DNA from: Candidatus Pampinifervens sinense
GTDB lineage: Bacteria; Aquificota; Aquificia; Aquificales; Aquificaceae
Reading direction: 5' to 3'
DNA length: 64,000 bases
Assembly (NCBI GenBank): GCA_037927135.1
Contig: JAXSPP010000001.1
Location: 224,001-288,000 of the forward strand
Made by a program: the position numbers and the translations under genes. Shown piece after piece: positions 9,682-20,755 of the stretch. Under the pieces are notes generated by a model. It saw only the letters and a program-made list of their open reading frames with translations, was not told where the DNA came from and did no database searches. Position 1 is the first letter of the stretch, and each line of letters starts with the position of its first letter.

Positions 9682-10175
9682 GGAGAAGGGCATGCATATT
9701 TATTGATGGACCAAACTTTTATTTTATACAGAAGAACATACTCCATCAAAGGATTGACCTTGTAAAGCTTGTAAACTACTTCAAAGTGGAGTTTGACATA
9801 TACAACACCTTTTTTTATCTTGCCTACAGGGAAGGGGATGAAAAGCAGGAAGACTTTGTAAAGACCTTAATCTTTAGCGGTATAACCGTGGTGAAAAAAC
9901 CCATAAAACAGCTAAAGGATGGTACATATAAGGGTGATATTGATGTGGATCTAACTATAGATGCCCTCTTGACAAGGGATAACTACCATACGGCCATACT
10001 TTGCACAGGCGATGGGGACTTTGAAAGGCTTGTGTGGACCTTAAGGAACTTTGGCAAAGAAATAATATGCCTTTCTACAAAGGAGGCCACGGCCGTTGAG
10101 CTTGTAAACGCCTGCGACAGATACATAGACCTAAGGGACCTCCTACCTCTTGTAAAGCTGGAGGAAAGGGAATGA
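9663..10175 (+). CDS. NYN-domain (LabA/DUF88, PIN-like) protein
   Basis: IFIDGPN, DIDVDLTID, TGDGDF, ACDRYIDL; start chosen at ATG 9663. Confidence 0.88.
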   Translation: MVYPGIRRRACIFIDGPNFYFIQKNILHQRIDLVKLVNYFKVEFDIYNTFFYLAYREGDEKQEDFVKTLIFSGITVVKKPIKQLKDGTYKGDIDVDLTIDALLTRDNYHTAILCTGDGDFERLVWTLRNFGKEIICLSTKEATAVELVNACDRYIDLRDLLPLVKLEERE

Positions 10176-11095
10176 ACTTTTTGATAGTGGGTGTGGGTGC
10201 CCTTGGGAGCACCTACCTTGCCTTTTTAAGCAAGGCTGGACACAGGGCTGTGGGGCTTTTAAAGAAGGGAAGGAGTCTAAACAGAATAAGGGTGGAGGGC
10301 CTATGGGGAGAGTTTGAACAAGAGGTAAAAGCCATAGACTCTTTGGAACTTCTTGACTTTGAACCAGACCTAATAATCCTTACAGTGAAGAGCTATGACA
10401 CAGAGAGGGCTTTGAAGGATATAGAGCCTTTAAGCAAAGGGAAAAGCCTTTTGATGGTAGCCCAAAACGGCTATGGCAACTACGAGAAGGCTGTAAAGTA
10501 TTTTGGAAAGGGTAAAGTTATTCTCTCTAGGGTAATCTTTGGTGCCAAGCTTTTGGAGTGGGGCCATGTGAGGATAACGGTGTGCGCCGATGATGTGGTG
10601 ATAGGAGACCCTTCTGGCATTTTGGAAGAAGGATTTTTGAAAGATCTGGCAGACCTTTTTTCCAAGGCTGGCATACCCACAAGGTATGAGAAGGAGGTTT
10701 ATAAATACCTCTGGGACAAGATACTATATAACTGCGCCTTGAACCCTCTTGGAGCCCTCTTTGAAAGAAGCTACGGAGACCTTGCAAAGAATCCATACAC
10801 AAAGGAGATTATGGACAGGATAATAGAGGAGGCCTTTGAGGTCCTAAGGGCAAACTCCATAGAGACCTTTTGGAAGGACCCAGAAGATTACAAAAGGCAC
10901 TTTTATGAGAGGCTCATACCGCCAACGACGGACCACTTCCCTTCCATGCTGGAGGATGTAAAGAGGGGCAAAACGGAGATAGACGCCTTAAACGGTGCCT
11001 TGGTAGAGCTTGCAAAGGAAAAGGGAATAAGGGTGCCTACAAACGAGATGATAGTAAAGCTTATAAAAGCGAAGGAAAGGTTTAATCTACCTTAA
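10172..11095 (+). CDS. panE: 2-dehydropantoate 2-reductase
   Basis: [44 protein letters not shown]. Confidence 0.92.
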   Translation: MNFLIVGVGALGSTYLAFLSKAGHRAVGLLKKGRSLNRIRVEGLWGEFEQEVKAIDSLELLDFEPDLIILTVKSYDTERALKDIEPLSKGKSLLMVAQNGYGNYEKAVKYFGKGKVILSRVIFGAKLLEWGHVRITVCADDVVIGDPSGILEEGFLKDLADLFSKAGIPTRYEKEVYKYLWDKILYNCALNPLGALFERSYGDLAKNPYTKEIMDRIIEEAFEVLRANSIETFWKDPEDYKRHFYERLIPPTTDHFPSMLEDVKRGKTEIDALNGALVELAKEKGIRVPTNEMIVKLIKAKERFNLP

Positions 11096-12881
11096 GCACA
11101 GTTAAAAAGGCCTCCTGAGGAAGTTCTACCTTCCCAAACTGCTTTAGCCTCTTCTTTCCTTCCTTTTGCTTTTCCAAGAGCTTTTTCTTCCTTGTCACAT
11201 CTCCACCGTAGCACTTGGCTGTCACGTTTGCCCTAAGGGGTGGAATTCTTTCTGAGGCTATGATCTTTGAGCCTATACCAGCCTGAACCTTTACCTCAAA
11301 GAGCTGTCTTGGTATGACTTCCTTTAGCTTTTCTACAAGCTGTCTTGCCCTCCTGTAGGCCTTGTCCCTGTGAACTATAAAGGATAAGGCATCCACTGGC
11401 TCGTTGTTTATGAAAACATTTAGCCTTACAAGGTCCTCTTCTCTAAAACCTATAAACTCATAATCGTAGGAGGCATAGCCCCTTGAAAGGCTCTTTACCT
11501 TATCATGAAAGTCCATGATTATCTCACTCAAAGGCATTTCATACTCAAGCATCACCGTGTTTGGGTCAAGGTATATGAACTTCTTCTGAATGCCCCTTTT
11601 TTCTTGGCAGAGGTTCATTATGTTGCCTACGTAGTCCTTAGGAGTGATGATGGTAAGGAGCACAAAGGGTTCCTCTATGGCCTCTATTAGGCCCCAGTTT
11701 TCTGGAAGTTCGGAAGGGTTCCTTATCTCCTTTACTTGACCGTTCCTGAATCTGACCCTGTATACCACGCTTGGTGCGGTGGTCACTATACTTACACCAT
11801 ACTCCCTTTCAAGCCTCTCTTGCACTATCTCCATGTGCAGAAGGCCCAAAAAGCCAACTCTGAAGCCAAGGCCAAGGGCTGGAGAGGTCTCAGGCTCAAA
11901 CTGTATGGCCGCATCGTTTATGGCGTATTTTTCTAAAGCATCCCTTAATTCTTCGTAGGTGTAGCCCTCGGAGGGGTATATGCCTGCATAGACCATGGGC
12001 TTGGCAGGCCTAAAGCCAGGCACAGGTTCCGGAGTTGGATTTTTGGCATCGGTTATGGTATCACCTACCCTTATGTCTCTCACATCTTTTATGGAGGCCG
12101 CAAGGTATCCCACGTCTCCCGCAGAAAGCTTTTCAAACTTTGTGAGCTTTGGCGTTTGGGCACCCACCTCTGTCACTTCAAACTCTTTGCCTGTAGAAAA
12201 GAGCCTTATGCGCATGCCCGGCCTTACCTCACCGTCAAAGACCCTAACAAAGGCTACCGCACCCCTGTATTGGTCATAGTAGGAGTCAAAGATGAGGGCT
12301 TTTAGAGGCTTTGTAGGGTCTCCCTTGGGTGGTGGTATCCTTTTCACTATGGCTTCCAACACCTCTTCTATGCCTATGCCTTCCTTTGCTGAGGCAAGGA
12401 TTACCTCCTCCGATGGAAGCCCCAACACTTCTTCTATCTGCCTTTTTACCCTCTCTGGGTCTGCCGCCGGAAGGTCTATCTTGTTTATGACTGGTATGAT
12501 CACAAGGCCCTGCTCTACAGCCTTCCAGAAGTTGGCAACCGTTTGGGCCTCTATGCCCTGGGTTGCATCCACCAAGAGCAAGGCTCCTTCGCATGCGGCC
12601 AAAGCCCTTGAAACCTCATAGGAAAAGTCCACGTGCCCCGGTGTATCTATAAGGTGCAAGGTATATACCTCACCATCCTTTGCCCTGTAAAACATCCTTA
12701 CGGCCTGGAGCTTTATGGTTATGCCCCTCTCCCTCTCAATCTCCAAAGTGTCCAGCATCTGCTCCCTTAGCTCTCTCCTAGATACTGCACCGGTGAATTC
12801 TAAAAGCCTGTCCGCAAGGGTAGACTTACCGTGGTCCACATGGGCTATGATGGAAAAGTTCCTTATCTTGCTTAGGTCCAT
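11082..12881 (-). CDS. lepA: Elongation factor 4 (LepA)
   Basis: [43 protein letters not shown]. Confidence 0.98.
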   Translation of the reverse strand: MDLSKIRNFSIIAHVDHGKSTLADRLLEFTGAVSRRELREQMLDTLEIERERGITIKLQAVRMFYRAKDGEVYTLHLIDTPGHVDFSYEVSRALAACEGALLLVDATQGIEAQTVANFWKAVEQGLVIIPVINKIDLPAADPERVKRQIEEVLGLPSEEVILASAKEGIGIEEVLEAIVKRIPPPKGDPTKPLKALIFDSYYDQYRGAVAFVRVFDGEVRPGMRIRLFSTGKEFEVTEVGAQTPKLTKFEKLSAGDVGYLAASIKDVRDIRVGDTITDAKNPTPEPVPGFRPAKPMVYAGIYPSEGYTYEELRDALEKYAINDAAIQFEPETSPALGLGFRVGFLGLLHMEIVQERLEREYGVSIVTTAPSVVYRVRFRNGQVKEIRNPSELPENWGLIEAIEEPFVLLTIITPKDYVGNIMNLCQEKRGIQKKFIYLDPNTVMLEYEMPLSEIIMDFHDKVKSLSRGYASYDYEFIGFREEDLVRLNVFINNEPVDALSFIVHRDKAYRRARQLVEKLKEVIPRQLFEVKVQAGIGSKIIASERIPPLRANVTAKCYGGDVTRKKKLLEKQKEGKKRLKQFGKVELPQEAFLTVLKVD

Positions 12882-12891
12882 AATTTATATT

Positions 12892-15378
12892 TTAAGCCTC
12901 CAAAAGCCTTTCAACCTCTTTCCTTACCTCTTCCACAATCTCCTCGTAGCTTTTGCCTTCCGGATAAATGGGCCTTCCAAAGATAACCTCAATCTTCTTT
13001 GGTCTTGGTAGTTTGTGGTAGATGGACATGGCTTCATAGGTTCCCTTTATGGCCACTGGCACCACCGGCACGGACAGTTCTTTGCTCAGTATGGCAAAGC
13101 CTTTTCTAAAGGGCAAAAGCCTGCCGTCCCTTGTCCTTGCACCCTCTGGAAATATGACCACCACCCTTCCAAGCCTTAAAGCCCATGCGGTCTTTTGCAA
13201 AGATTCTTTTAGCCTTTTGTCAAGGTTTACCGTTATCACATGGGCAAGCCTTCCAAAAAGGGAAGTTAAAGGATTTTTAAAGTATTCCTCCGCACCTAAA
13301 AAGTAGGTCCTTTCCGCTACGGAAGGTGGAAGGGCGCTGGCTATCACAAAGCCATCCAAGTAGCTGGCGTGGTTTGGAGCAAGGATAAAGGGCGCCTTCG
13401 GCAGGTTTTCCAAGCCTTTTACACTAAGCCTGTTGTAGAGTTTAAAAAAGAGCTTTAAAAGAAGCCTACCAGCATGGAAAATAGGAGCATAGTCCTTTAA
13501 AGCGTATGGCTGTGCTTCCAAGAGTATGTCCTTCCAACTTTTTTCTGAAACCTCCACCTTTTCCTTTTTTTCTATTATGAGTCCTACAATCTGGTCCACC
13601 CTTGGGTTTTGGGCTAGGTCCTCCTCTGTAAGCCTTATGCCAAAGGAAGACTCAAGGAAGCTCAAAAACTCCACCTTACCCAAAGAGTCAAGGCCAAGGT
13701 CAAGCTCTACATGGTGGTGGCCCTTTACCTTCCTCTGGGTGGCCTTTTCAAGGTAGGACCTTATTATCATACCTTCCTGAGTGTTCAAAAGGGGGCTTTC
13801 TTCTTCTCTTTCTAAGGCTTCCTCTTGGGAAAGGTATATCTGTGGCAATAAAAACCTTCTTATCTTCCCAAGCCTTGTCTTTGGAAGTTCTTCTTTGATG
13901 ATTTTAAACCCTGTTATCCTTTTCCAATCGGGTAGTTTTTGATTTACCTTGTCTATTACTTGCCATCTTATGTACTCTTCTATGTTTAGAATGCCTTGGC
14001 TCCTTAGCCTTTCAAAGTCTGGAAGCACAAGGGCCTTTACATAGCCGTCTATTTCTAAGACCGCCACCTCCTTTATGCCTATGCCTTCTTTCATAATTAG
14101 AGCTTCCAGCTCCTCCGGGTTTACCTTTTTGCCACCGGAAAGCACAAGAACTTCTTTTTTTCTGCCCGTTATGTACAGGTAGCCCTCTTGGTCAAGGTAG
14201 CCCAGGTCTCCCGTCATAAGCCAGCCGTCTTTGAAGGCTTTCTTTGTCTCCTCTGGCTTTTTGTAATAGCCCTGCATCACATTTACACCCCTTACAAGCA
14301 CCTCTCCCTCTTCGGATATCTTTACATAAACCTCCTCTATGGGAAGGCCTACAGAGCCAAGCTTGGGCCTTTGGGGTGGGTTAAAGGAGACTATGGGAGA
14401 GGTTTCTGTAAGGCCATAGCCTTCAAGTATGGTAAATCCAAGCCTATTTAGGTCAAGGGCTATATCTAAGGGGAGCTTGGATCCACCACTCACAAGGTAC
14501 TTTATCCTTCCGCCGAAGGCTTTATGAACCTTTTTAAAAAGGAGCCGTCTTAAAGGTGGGTTAAGGAAAGGAGATATGGCAAAAAGTAACCTGCCTGCTG
14601 GGTTTGACCTTATGCCTTCCATGATCCTTTGGTGCAAAAGCTGGTATAGCCTTGGCACTCCCACAAGTATGGTTATTTTGTGTTCTTGCAGAGCCTTTAT
14701 GAGTTCTTCAGAGCTTAGCCTTTCCAAAAAGACTATGGTGGCACCAAGGTAAAGTGGCACAAGCATGGTGACCATAAGGGGGTAAGAGTGATGAAAGGGC
14801 AAAAGGGCAAGGGTTATGTCCTCTTTTCCCGCCACTCCCACCTTTTCTATAGCCTTTATGTTGGAAAGTAGGTTTTTAAAGCTTAGCATGACGCCCTTTG
14901 GCTCTCCGGTGGTGCCAGAGGTATAAAGTATTAGGGCTGTCTCATGAAGGGACCTGCTAAGGACTTTGCCAAAGGGCTTGGGAAGGATAAGGTCATCAAA
15001 GTTGTAAATGGTAGCCTTTATACCAGACCTTTCAAGGGCTTCCCTTATGGTCCTTTGAGTTTGGTTTGAACAAAAGACTACCGCAGGTTCAACTTCCTTG
15101 ACTATGTAATGAGCCTCCTCCACAGAGGCCATATAGTCTATGGGAACCACTATGCCCCCCCTTTGCCATGCGCCATAAAAGGCATAGATCCACTCTGGCC
15201 TGTTTTCCGCGCATATTACCACCCTCTCTCCGGGCAGTATGTCCACCAAGCTGGCAAAGCTTGATATGCTTTCAATGAGCTCCCTGTAGCTTATCCTTTT
15301 ATCTCCCTTTATGAGGGCAGTTTTTCCAAAGTCTTCTATCTCTGGAAGGACCACCCCCTCCTCTAAGAGTAGCTTCAT
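12892..15378 (-). CDS. Acyl-CoA/ACP synthetase - carrier domain - acyltransferase fusion (Aas-like)
   Basis: YTSGTTGEPKG and GYGLTET (adenylation); LGLDSL (phosphopantetheine site); NHASYLD and FPEGARTRDG (LPLAT). Confidence 0.88.
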   Translation of the reverse strand: MKLLLEEGVVLPEIEDFGKTALIKGDKRISYRELIESISSFASLVDILPGERVVICAENRPEWIYAFYGAWQRGGIVVPIDYMASVEEAHYIVKEVEPAVVFCSNQTQRTIREALERSGIKATIYNFDDLILPKPFGKVLSRSLHETALILYTSGTTGEPKGVMLSFKNLLSNIKAIEKVGVAGKEDITLALLPFHHSYPLMVTMLVPLYLGATIVFLERLSSEELIKALQEHKITILVGVPRLYQLLHQRIMEGIRSNPAGRLLFAISPFLNPPLRRLLFKKVHKAFGGRIKYLVSGGSKLPLDIALDLNRLGFTILEGYGLTETSPIVSFNPPQRPKLGSVGLPIEEVYVKISEEGEVLVRGVNVMQGYYKKPEETKKAFKDGWLMTGDLGYLDQEGYLYITGRKKEVLVLSGGKKVNPEELEALIMKEGIGIKEVAVLEIDGYVKALVLPDFERLRSQGILNIEEYIRWQVIDKVNQKLPDWKRITGFKIIKEELPKTRLGKIRRFLLPQIYLSQEEALEREEESPLLNTQEGMIIRSYLEKATQRKVKGHHHVELDLGLDSLGKVEFLSFLESSFGIRLTEEDLAQNPRVDQIVGLIIEKKEKVEVSEKSWKDILLEAQPYALKDYAPIFHAGRLLLKLFFKLYNRLSVKGLENLPKAPFILAPNHASYLDGFVIASALPPSVAERTYFLGAEEYFKNPLTSLFGRLAHVITVNLDKRLKESLQKTAWALRLGRVVVIFPEGARTRDGRLLPFRKGFAILSKELSVPVVPVAIKGTYEAMSIYHKLPRPKKIEVIFGRPIYPEGKSYEEIVEEVRKEVERLLEA

Positions 15379-15388
15379 AGGAAAAAAT

Positions 15389-15730
15389 TTACTCTTCCTT
15401 TTCCTTTTCTTCCCTCTTGTAGCCTGGCTGGTAGTGGGATATGGCCTCTTTGGTAAAGGTTATCCTCGTGTTGGCATCCACTTTGAGAGTGACAGTCTCA
15501 TCCCCTATCTCTACCACCGTGCCCCATATGCCACCGCTGGTGACCACCCTGTCTCCCTTCTTTAAGTTCTTCAAAAACTCCTGATGCCTTTTCCTCACCT
15601 TCACCTGTGGCCTTATAAGCAAGAAGTAAAACAGGACAAAGAGTAGGATGAGGAAGATAAACTGAAAAAGTAGGGCTTCTACAGCATTTGAACCATGTCC
15701 TGTCTGCTGTGCAAAGGCTATGTCTATCAT
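15389..15730 (-). CDS. yajC: Preprotein translocase subunit YajC
   Basis: FYFLLIRPQ, LKKGDRVVTSGGIWG. Confidence 0.95.
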   Translation of the reverse strand: MIDIAFAQQTGHGSNAVEALLFQFIFLILLFVLFYFLLIRPQVKVRKRHQEFLKNLKKGDRVVTSGGIWGTVVEIGDETVTLKVDANTRITFTKEAISHYQPGYKREEKEKEE

Positions 15731-15787
15731 GGTGTTTAATTATAACATTAACCCACGTAGAAGTAGAATGCTAAATAAAATACTAAT

Positions 15788-18700
15788 ATGGGGATGGAAA
15801 TAAAAAAGGGAAGTGTCCTTAGGGGGCCTTTTTGGTCTGAGCCTGTAGAGGTTATTTATACGGAGGACCAAGGTAATTATGTGTTAATTATCACAAAAGG
15901 TAAGAATACGGGCGGAATTGATAACAGATTAATTCCTAAGGATGAATTGCCTAAGGTGGAAGTTATAGGTGGTGAATTAAGCTTTTCTGAAGAGACGTGG
16001 AAGGTATTTCTTGCCCTTGAAACCATACGGTATAGGTATGCCTCTGTGTATGACCCTCTGTTGGCTGTAAATGTATCAAAGATTGACCCACTTCCACACC
16101 AAATAGAGGCTGTGTATGGTTATGTTCTTAAACTTCCAAGGATAAGGTTTATGATAGCGGATGACCCTGGTGCTGGGAAGACCATTATGGCCGGCTTAAT
16201 CATAAAGGAGCTAAAGCTTCGCCATCTTATAAAGAGAATTTTGATTGTGGTGCCCGGACATCTCAGAGATCAGTGGCAGAGGGAGCTTTCTGAAAAATTT
16301 GACGAGCATTTTGAGATAGTGGATAGAGGGAGGTTTAATTCCAACTTTGGTATAAACCCCTGGCAAAAGTATTCTCAAATCATCACTTCCATGGACTTTG
16401 CCAAAAAGAAAGAAGTGCTTGAATCTTTGGAAGATGCTGATTTTGACCTTGTTATAGTGGATGAGGCTCACAAGATGAGCGCTTATAGGTATGGCAATAA
16501 AACGGAAAAGACTGACAGATATAAGCTTGGAGAAGTGCTTTCCAAAATAAGCAACCACCTGCTTTTCCTTACAGCCACGCCACACAAGGGAGACCCGGAG
16601 AATTTCAGATTACTTCTTGACCTGCTTGAACGGGGCTTTTTTGCAAACGAGGAGATTATGAGGGAGGCAATACAGAGTGGAAACAATCCTTTGTTTATAA
16701 GAAGGTTAAAGGAGGACCTAAAGGATTTTGAGGGTAGGCCCTTGTTCCTACCAAGGCGTGTTAATACAGTTCCTTTAGAACTTAGCGATAGGGAGATGGA
16801 GCTTTATAATGAGCTTTCAAGGTATGTAAAAAGCCAGTATGATAAGGCTATAAAAAGAGACAGAAGGAGGAATGTGGCCTTTGCCCTTGTTATTTTGCAA
16901 AGAAGGTTCTCTTCCAGTGTTTATGCTTTGCTTGAGTCTTTGAAAAGAAGGAAAAAAAGACTTGAAGAGCTTAAAAGCAGTGCATACCAACAAAGAGAGC
17001 CTGAAGAGGTCATTAACTTTGAAGAAGTGGAGGATATGTCCGAGAGTGAGAGGTGGGCCGAAGAGATCAAATGGGAAACCATAACCCTTTCTGAAAATAT
17101 GAAGGAGTTGGAGGAAGAGATAAGGACGGTGGACGAGCTTATAAGGAGGGCCGAGGATATATTAAGGAATGAAGAAGAGACAAAGCTTAAGGAGCTTAAA
17201 GAGACGCTTCTTGGACTTAAAGAGGAGTTTAAAGATTTCAAAATTATCATATTTACAGAGTCAAAGGATACGCTTGAATACTTGAATGAAAAGGTAAAAA
17301 GCTGGGGTTTTTCAACGGTTATCATCCATGGGGGTATGAATCTATACGAAAGGATAGACGCGGAGAAAAGGTTTAAGAATGAGGCAGAGGTTTTGATAGC
17401 TACAGAGGCGGCTGGAGAGGGTATAAATCTTCAGTTTTGCAATCTTATGATTAACTATGACCTACCATGGAATCCAAACAGGCTTGAGCAAAGGATGGGA
17501 AGGATACATCGCTACGGACAGCAAAGGGAGGTGCATATATACAATCTTGTGGCAAGAAGAACCAGGGAAGGAAAAGTTCTTTACAATCTCCTTGAAAAGC
17601 TTAATAAGATAAGGGAAGCACTTGGTAGTGATAAGGTTTTTGATGTGATAGGGGAGATTTTGCTTAATAAAAACCTTTCACAGCTTTTGGTGGAGGCTGC
17701 TGTGAACGCAAGGGATATGGATGAGATTCTGAAGGAGATTGATATAAAGGTTGATGAGGAGTATATAAACAGAATAAAGGAGAGCTTGGGGGAGGCTCTT
17801 GCCACAAGACATATTGACTTGACAAGGATAAGGGAGCTGGCACAAAAGGCCAAGGAAGAGCGCCTAATTCCAGAATATACGGAAAACTACTTTAAGAAGG
17901 CTTTTGAGAAGGCTGGTGGAAAGATAAGGGAACGCAAGGATGGTTTTTTGAGTGTGGAAAGCATTCCACTGGATATAAGACGGGTTGCCGAGGAGGAGGA
18001 ATTTAAAAGGAGCTTTGGACAGCTTCAGAGCAAATATCCTAAGATCACCTTTGATAAGGAGAAGGCCTTTAGAACGCCCGATGCGGAGTTTGTATCCTTT
18101 GGGCATCCACTTTTTGAAGCTGTTATGAGGTGGGTAGAAAAGCATTTAAGGGATAGTCTTTTGAAGGGTGCGGTATTTTTTGACCCAGATGGGAGGCTGG
18201 ACGGTTATATGCTTTTTTATGAGGGTGAGGTGAGGGACGGAACGGGGTCCATAGTAGGCAAAAGGCTTTTTGCTTTTTATGATGATGGAAGGAAGGTGGT
18301 GGAAGTTTCTCCTGCTATCTTGTGGGACCTGGCGGAAGGTTTTACTACAGAAAAGGAAGCTGTGAATATGGAGGAGTTAAGGAAAAGGGTGGAAGATGTT
18401 GTTATTAAAGGGCTTGAAAGATATAAGGAGGAGCTTTTAAAGGAAAGGCTAAGGCAGGTGGAGATAAAAGAAAGGTATGGTGTTAAATCCTTGGAATATT
18501 TGATCTATCAATTGGATGGGGAGATTTTGGACCTTTATGGAAAAAAGGATAAGGGCGAGGATGTGGATAAGATGATAAACAGAAAAAGGGAGAAAAAGCA
18601 CGAGTATGAAAGGGGTTTGGAGGAGCTAAAAGAAAGATTGGAAAGGGAAAAGGCCCTGTCTCTTTCTCCACCAAACTTTTTGGGAGTCATAAGGATAAAG

Positions 18701-19114
18701 CCTATGAGGGAAAGGATTGGTGTGGAAGGTGATCCGGAAGTGGAAGCCGTAGGTATGAAGGTGGCTATGGAGTATGAGATAAGGGAAGGTAGAAGACCGG
18801 AGGATGTTTCTTCTCAAAACCTTGGCTTTGATATAAGGTCTGTGGATAGGGATGGAAGGGTGAGGTATATTGAAGTGAAGGCAAGGGCTGGTGTGGGAGA
18901 GGTGGCTTTAACTCAAAACGAGTGGTTTAAGGCCCAAAGGCTGAAGGATGATTACTACCTTTATGTGGTCTTTAATGCAGTAAGTTCTCCACGGCTTATC
19001 ATAATCCAAAACCCCGCAGAGAGGTTAAAACCCCAAGAGAAGGTGGAGGTGGTAAGATATATTGTGGATGAGAGGGAAATTTTGAAGTATGTGGGAGGAA
19101 AGGATGAGCCATAG
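15788..19114 (+). CDS. SNF2/SWI2 (RapA-like) helicase with C-terminal DUF3883 PD-(D/E)xK-type nuclease
   Basis: [53 protein letters not shown]-terminal [13 protein letters not shown]...RYIEVK. Confidence 0.9.
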   Translation: MGMEIKKGSVLRGPFWSEPVEVIYTEDQGNYVLIITKGKNTGGIDNRLIPKDELPKVEVIGGELSFSEETWKVFLALETIRYRYASVYDPLLAVNVSKIDPLPHQIEAVYGYVLKLPRIRFMIADDPGAGKTIMAGLIIKELKLRHLIKRILIVVPGHLRDQWQRELSEKFDEHFEIVDRGRFNSNFGINPWQKYSQIITSMDFAKKKEVLESLEDADFDLVIVDEAHKMSAYRYGNKTEKTDRYKLGEVLSKISNHLLFLTATPHKGDPENFRLLLDLLERGFFANEEIMREAIQSGNNPLFIRRLKEDLKDFEGRPLFLPRRVNTVPLELSDREMELYNELSRYVKSQYDKAIKRDRRRNVAFALVILQRRFSSSVYALLESLKRRKKRLEELKSSAYQQREPEEVINFEEVEDMSESERWAEEIKWETITLSENMKELEEEIRTVDELIRRAEDILRNEEETKLKELKETLLGLKEEFKDFKIIIFTESKDTLEYLNEKVKSWGFSTVIIHGGMNLYERIDAEKRFKNEAEVLIATEAAGEGINLQFCNLMINYDLPWNPNRLEQRMGRIHRYGQQREVHIYNLVARRTREGKVLYNLLEKLNKIREALGSDKVFDVIGEILLNKNLSQLLVEAAVNARDMDEILKEIDIKVDEEYINRIKESLGEALATRHIDLTRIRELAQKAKEERLIPEYTENYFKKAFEKAGGKIRERKDGFLSVESIPLDIRRVAEEEEFKRSFGQLQSKYPKITFDKEKAFRTPDAEFVSFGHPLFEAVMRWVEKHLRDSLLKGAVFFDPDGRLDGYMLFYEGEVRDGTGSIVGKRLFAFYDDGRKVVEVSPAILWDLAEGFTTEKEAVNMEELRKRVEDVVIKGLERYKEELLKERLRQVEIKERYGVKSLEYLIYQLDGEILDLYGKKDKGEDVDKMINRKREKKHEYERGLEELKERLEREKALSLSPPNFLGVIRIKPMRERIGVEGDPEVEAVGMKVAMEYEIREGRRPEDVSSQNLGFDIRSVDRDGRVRYIEVKARAGVGEVALTQNEWFKAQRLKDDYYLYVVFNAVSSPRLIIIQNPAERLKPQEKVEVVRYIVDEREILKYVGGKDEP

Positions 19115-20705
19115 GCGCTTTATAGAGGAGTCTTTTCCTGTAAAGGAGGTCGGTCAAGAGTCCGCAAGGGAGAAAAACATACGCCATGGACATATTTCTA
19201 CCCTTCATATTTGGTGGGCAAGGAGGCCCTTGGCAGCTTCCAGAGCCACCATATACGCAAGCCTTATACCCGCACCAAAGGATGAGCTGGAACGCAACAA
19301 CCGGCTTGCCTTTATTATAGACCTTTGTAAGTGGGAGAATTCTTTAAACAGGACCATTATAGAGAAGGCGAGGAGGGATATTCTTGCCTCTAATGGAGGA
19401 AGGCCCCCGAGAGTTCTGGACCCCTTTGGAGGAGGTGGTTCCATACCCCTTGAAGCCTTGCGCCTTGGCTGTGAAGTCTATTCGGGTGATTATAATCCTG
19501 TGGCCGTTTTGATACAAAAATGCACCCTTGAATACCCTCAAAAGTATGGAAAGCCGGGAGAGGTAGAGATAGAGGTGGAAGAGTTTGGTAAGAAGGTAAG
19601 GAGAAAGGTAAGGGTTGAGAATGTGCTATTGGAGGATGTAAAAAGATGGGGGGAGTGGGTTTTGGAGCTTGCAAAAGAGGAAATAGGTAGGTTCTATCCG
19701 GCAGAGGAGGATGGTTCTATACCGGTTGGATACCTTTGGGCAAGGACTATACCCTGCCAAAACCCTAACTGTGGAGCGGAAATTCCTTTGATGAGACAAT
19801 ACTGGCTGGCAAAGAAGGATAAGAAGAAAGTAGCCCTATACCCCTATAAGGAGGGCAATAAGGTGCTTTTTAAAATAGTGGGAGATGGATATGAGCCTAT
19901 GCCAAAGGATTTTGACCCAGAGGAAGGCACCATTTCAAGGGCTGTGGCGGTATGTCCTGTGTGTGGTTCTGCTATTGATGACAAAGATGTGAGAAAGCTA
20001 TTTCAAGAGGGAAAGGCGGGTCAAAGGATGGTGGCAGTGGTTTTGCATCATCCAAACAAAGAAGGAAAAAGCTACAGGCTGGCAACGGAGAAAGACTTGG
20101 ATGTTTTTAAAGAGGCAGAAAAATACCTTGAGGAGAAAAGGAAAAAGCTTATGGAAGAATGGGGAATAGACCCTGTGCCGGATGAACCGTTGCCGCCAAA
20201 GGAGACTCTTGGTTTCCGTGTTCAAAGATACGGTATGCTCAAATGGGGCGACCTTTTTAATTCTCGCCAAAAATTGGCTTTGATTACCTTTACGGAAAAG
20301 GTAAGGCTGGCTTACAAAAGAATGGTTGAAGAAGGCTATGATGAAGAATATGCAAAGGCAGTGGTGAGTTATTTGGCGTTGGGAGTGGATAGGTTGGCGG
20401 ACTATAACTCAATTCTGTGTGTTTGGGCTGTGGCAGGAGAATTTGTGGCACACACTTTTGGGCGACAGGCTCTTCCTATGATATGGGACTATTTTGAGCT
20501 TTGTCCTTGGAGTGGATCAACAGGAGACTGGAACTCAGCTATGGATTGGATTTTGAGAGTTTTAGAACACACTTCTCGCATCAATTCAATCACCCACTTT
20601 TCCACCCCACCTTTACCCAATGAAGAAGATGAGGAAGAAGATAAATCAAAGAACTTGATAAAAGCAGGTGGTCTATATATGAAACTAATAGAGGAAGGGC
20701 TATGA
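19104..20705 (+). CDS. DUF1156 adenine DNA methyltransferase, N-terminal part (SAM-binding motif I, Zn-ribbon, probable target recognition)
   Basis: [39 protein letters not shown]...[21 protein letters not shown] at 19094-19098 before ATG 19104. Confidence 0.9.
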   Translation: MSHRRFIEESFPVKEVGQESAREKNIRHGHISTLHIWWARRPLAASRATIYASLIPAPKDELERNNRLAFIIDLCKWENSLNRTIIEKARRDILASNGGRPPRVLDPFGGGGSIPLEALRLGCEVYSGDYNPVAVLIQKCTLEYPQKYGKPGEVEIEVEEFGKKVRRKVRVENVLLEDVKRWGEWVLELAKEEIGRFYPAEEDGSIPVGYLWARTIPCQNPNCGAEIPLMRQYWLAKKDKKKVALYPYKEGNKVLFKIVGDGYEPMPKDFDPEEGTISRAVAVCPVCGSAIDDKDVRKLFQEGKAGQRMVAVVLHHPNKEGKSYRLATEKDLDVFKEAEKYLEEKRKKLMEEWGIDPVPDEPLPPKETLGFRVQRYGMLKWGDLFNSRQKLALITFTEKVRLAYKRMVEEGYDEEYAKAVVSYLALGVDRLADYNSILCVWAVAGEFVAHTFGRQALPMIWDYFELCPWSGSTGDWNSAMDWILRVLEHTSRINSITHFSTPPLPNEEDEEEDKSKNLIKAGGLYMKLIEEGL

Positions 20706-20755
20706 AAAGCTTACACATTCCAGTCATCACCCAATTCTCCGCCACCTCTCTACCC
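20589..20755 (+). repeat. Degenerate 30-bp direct repeat pair (20589-20618, 20726-20755) bracketing the MTase split
   Basis: atcacccacttttccaccccacctttaccc vs atcacccaattctccgccacctctctaccc, 23/30 identical, 137 nt apart. Confidence 0.7.

Noticed and set aside
20650-20680. LIKAGGL in the MTase ORF1 tail also occurs in the IorB-like Tat leader (about 28465-28490)
   Set aside because: Codons differ at several positions and the match is only 7 aa; probably coincidence
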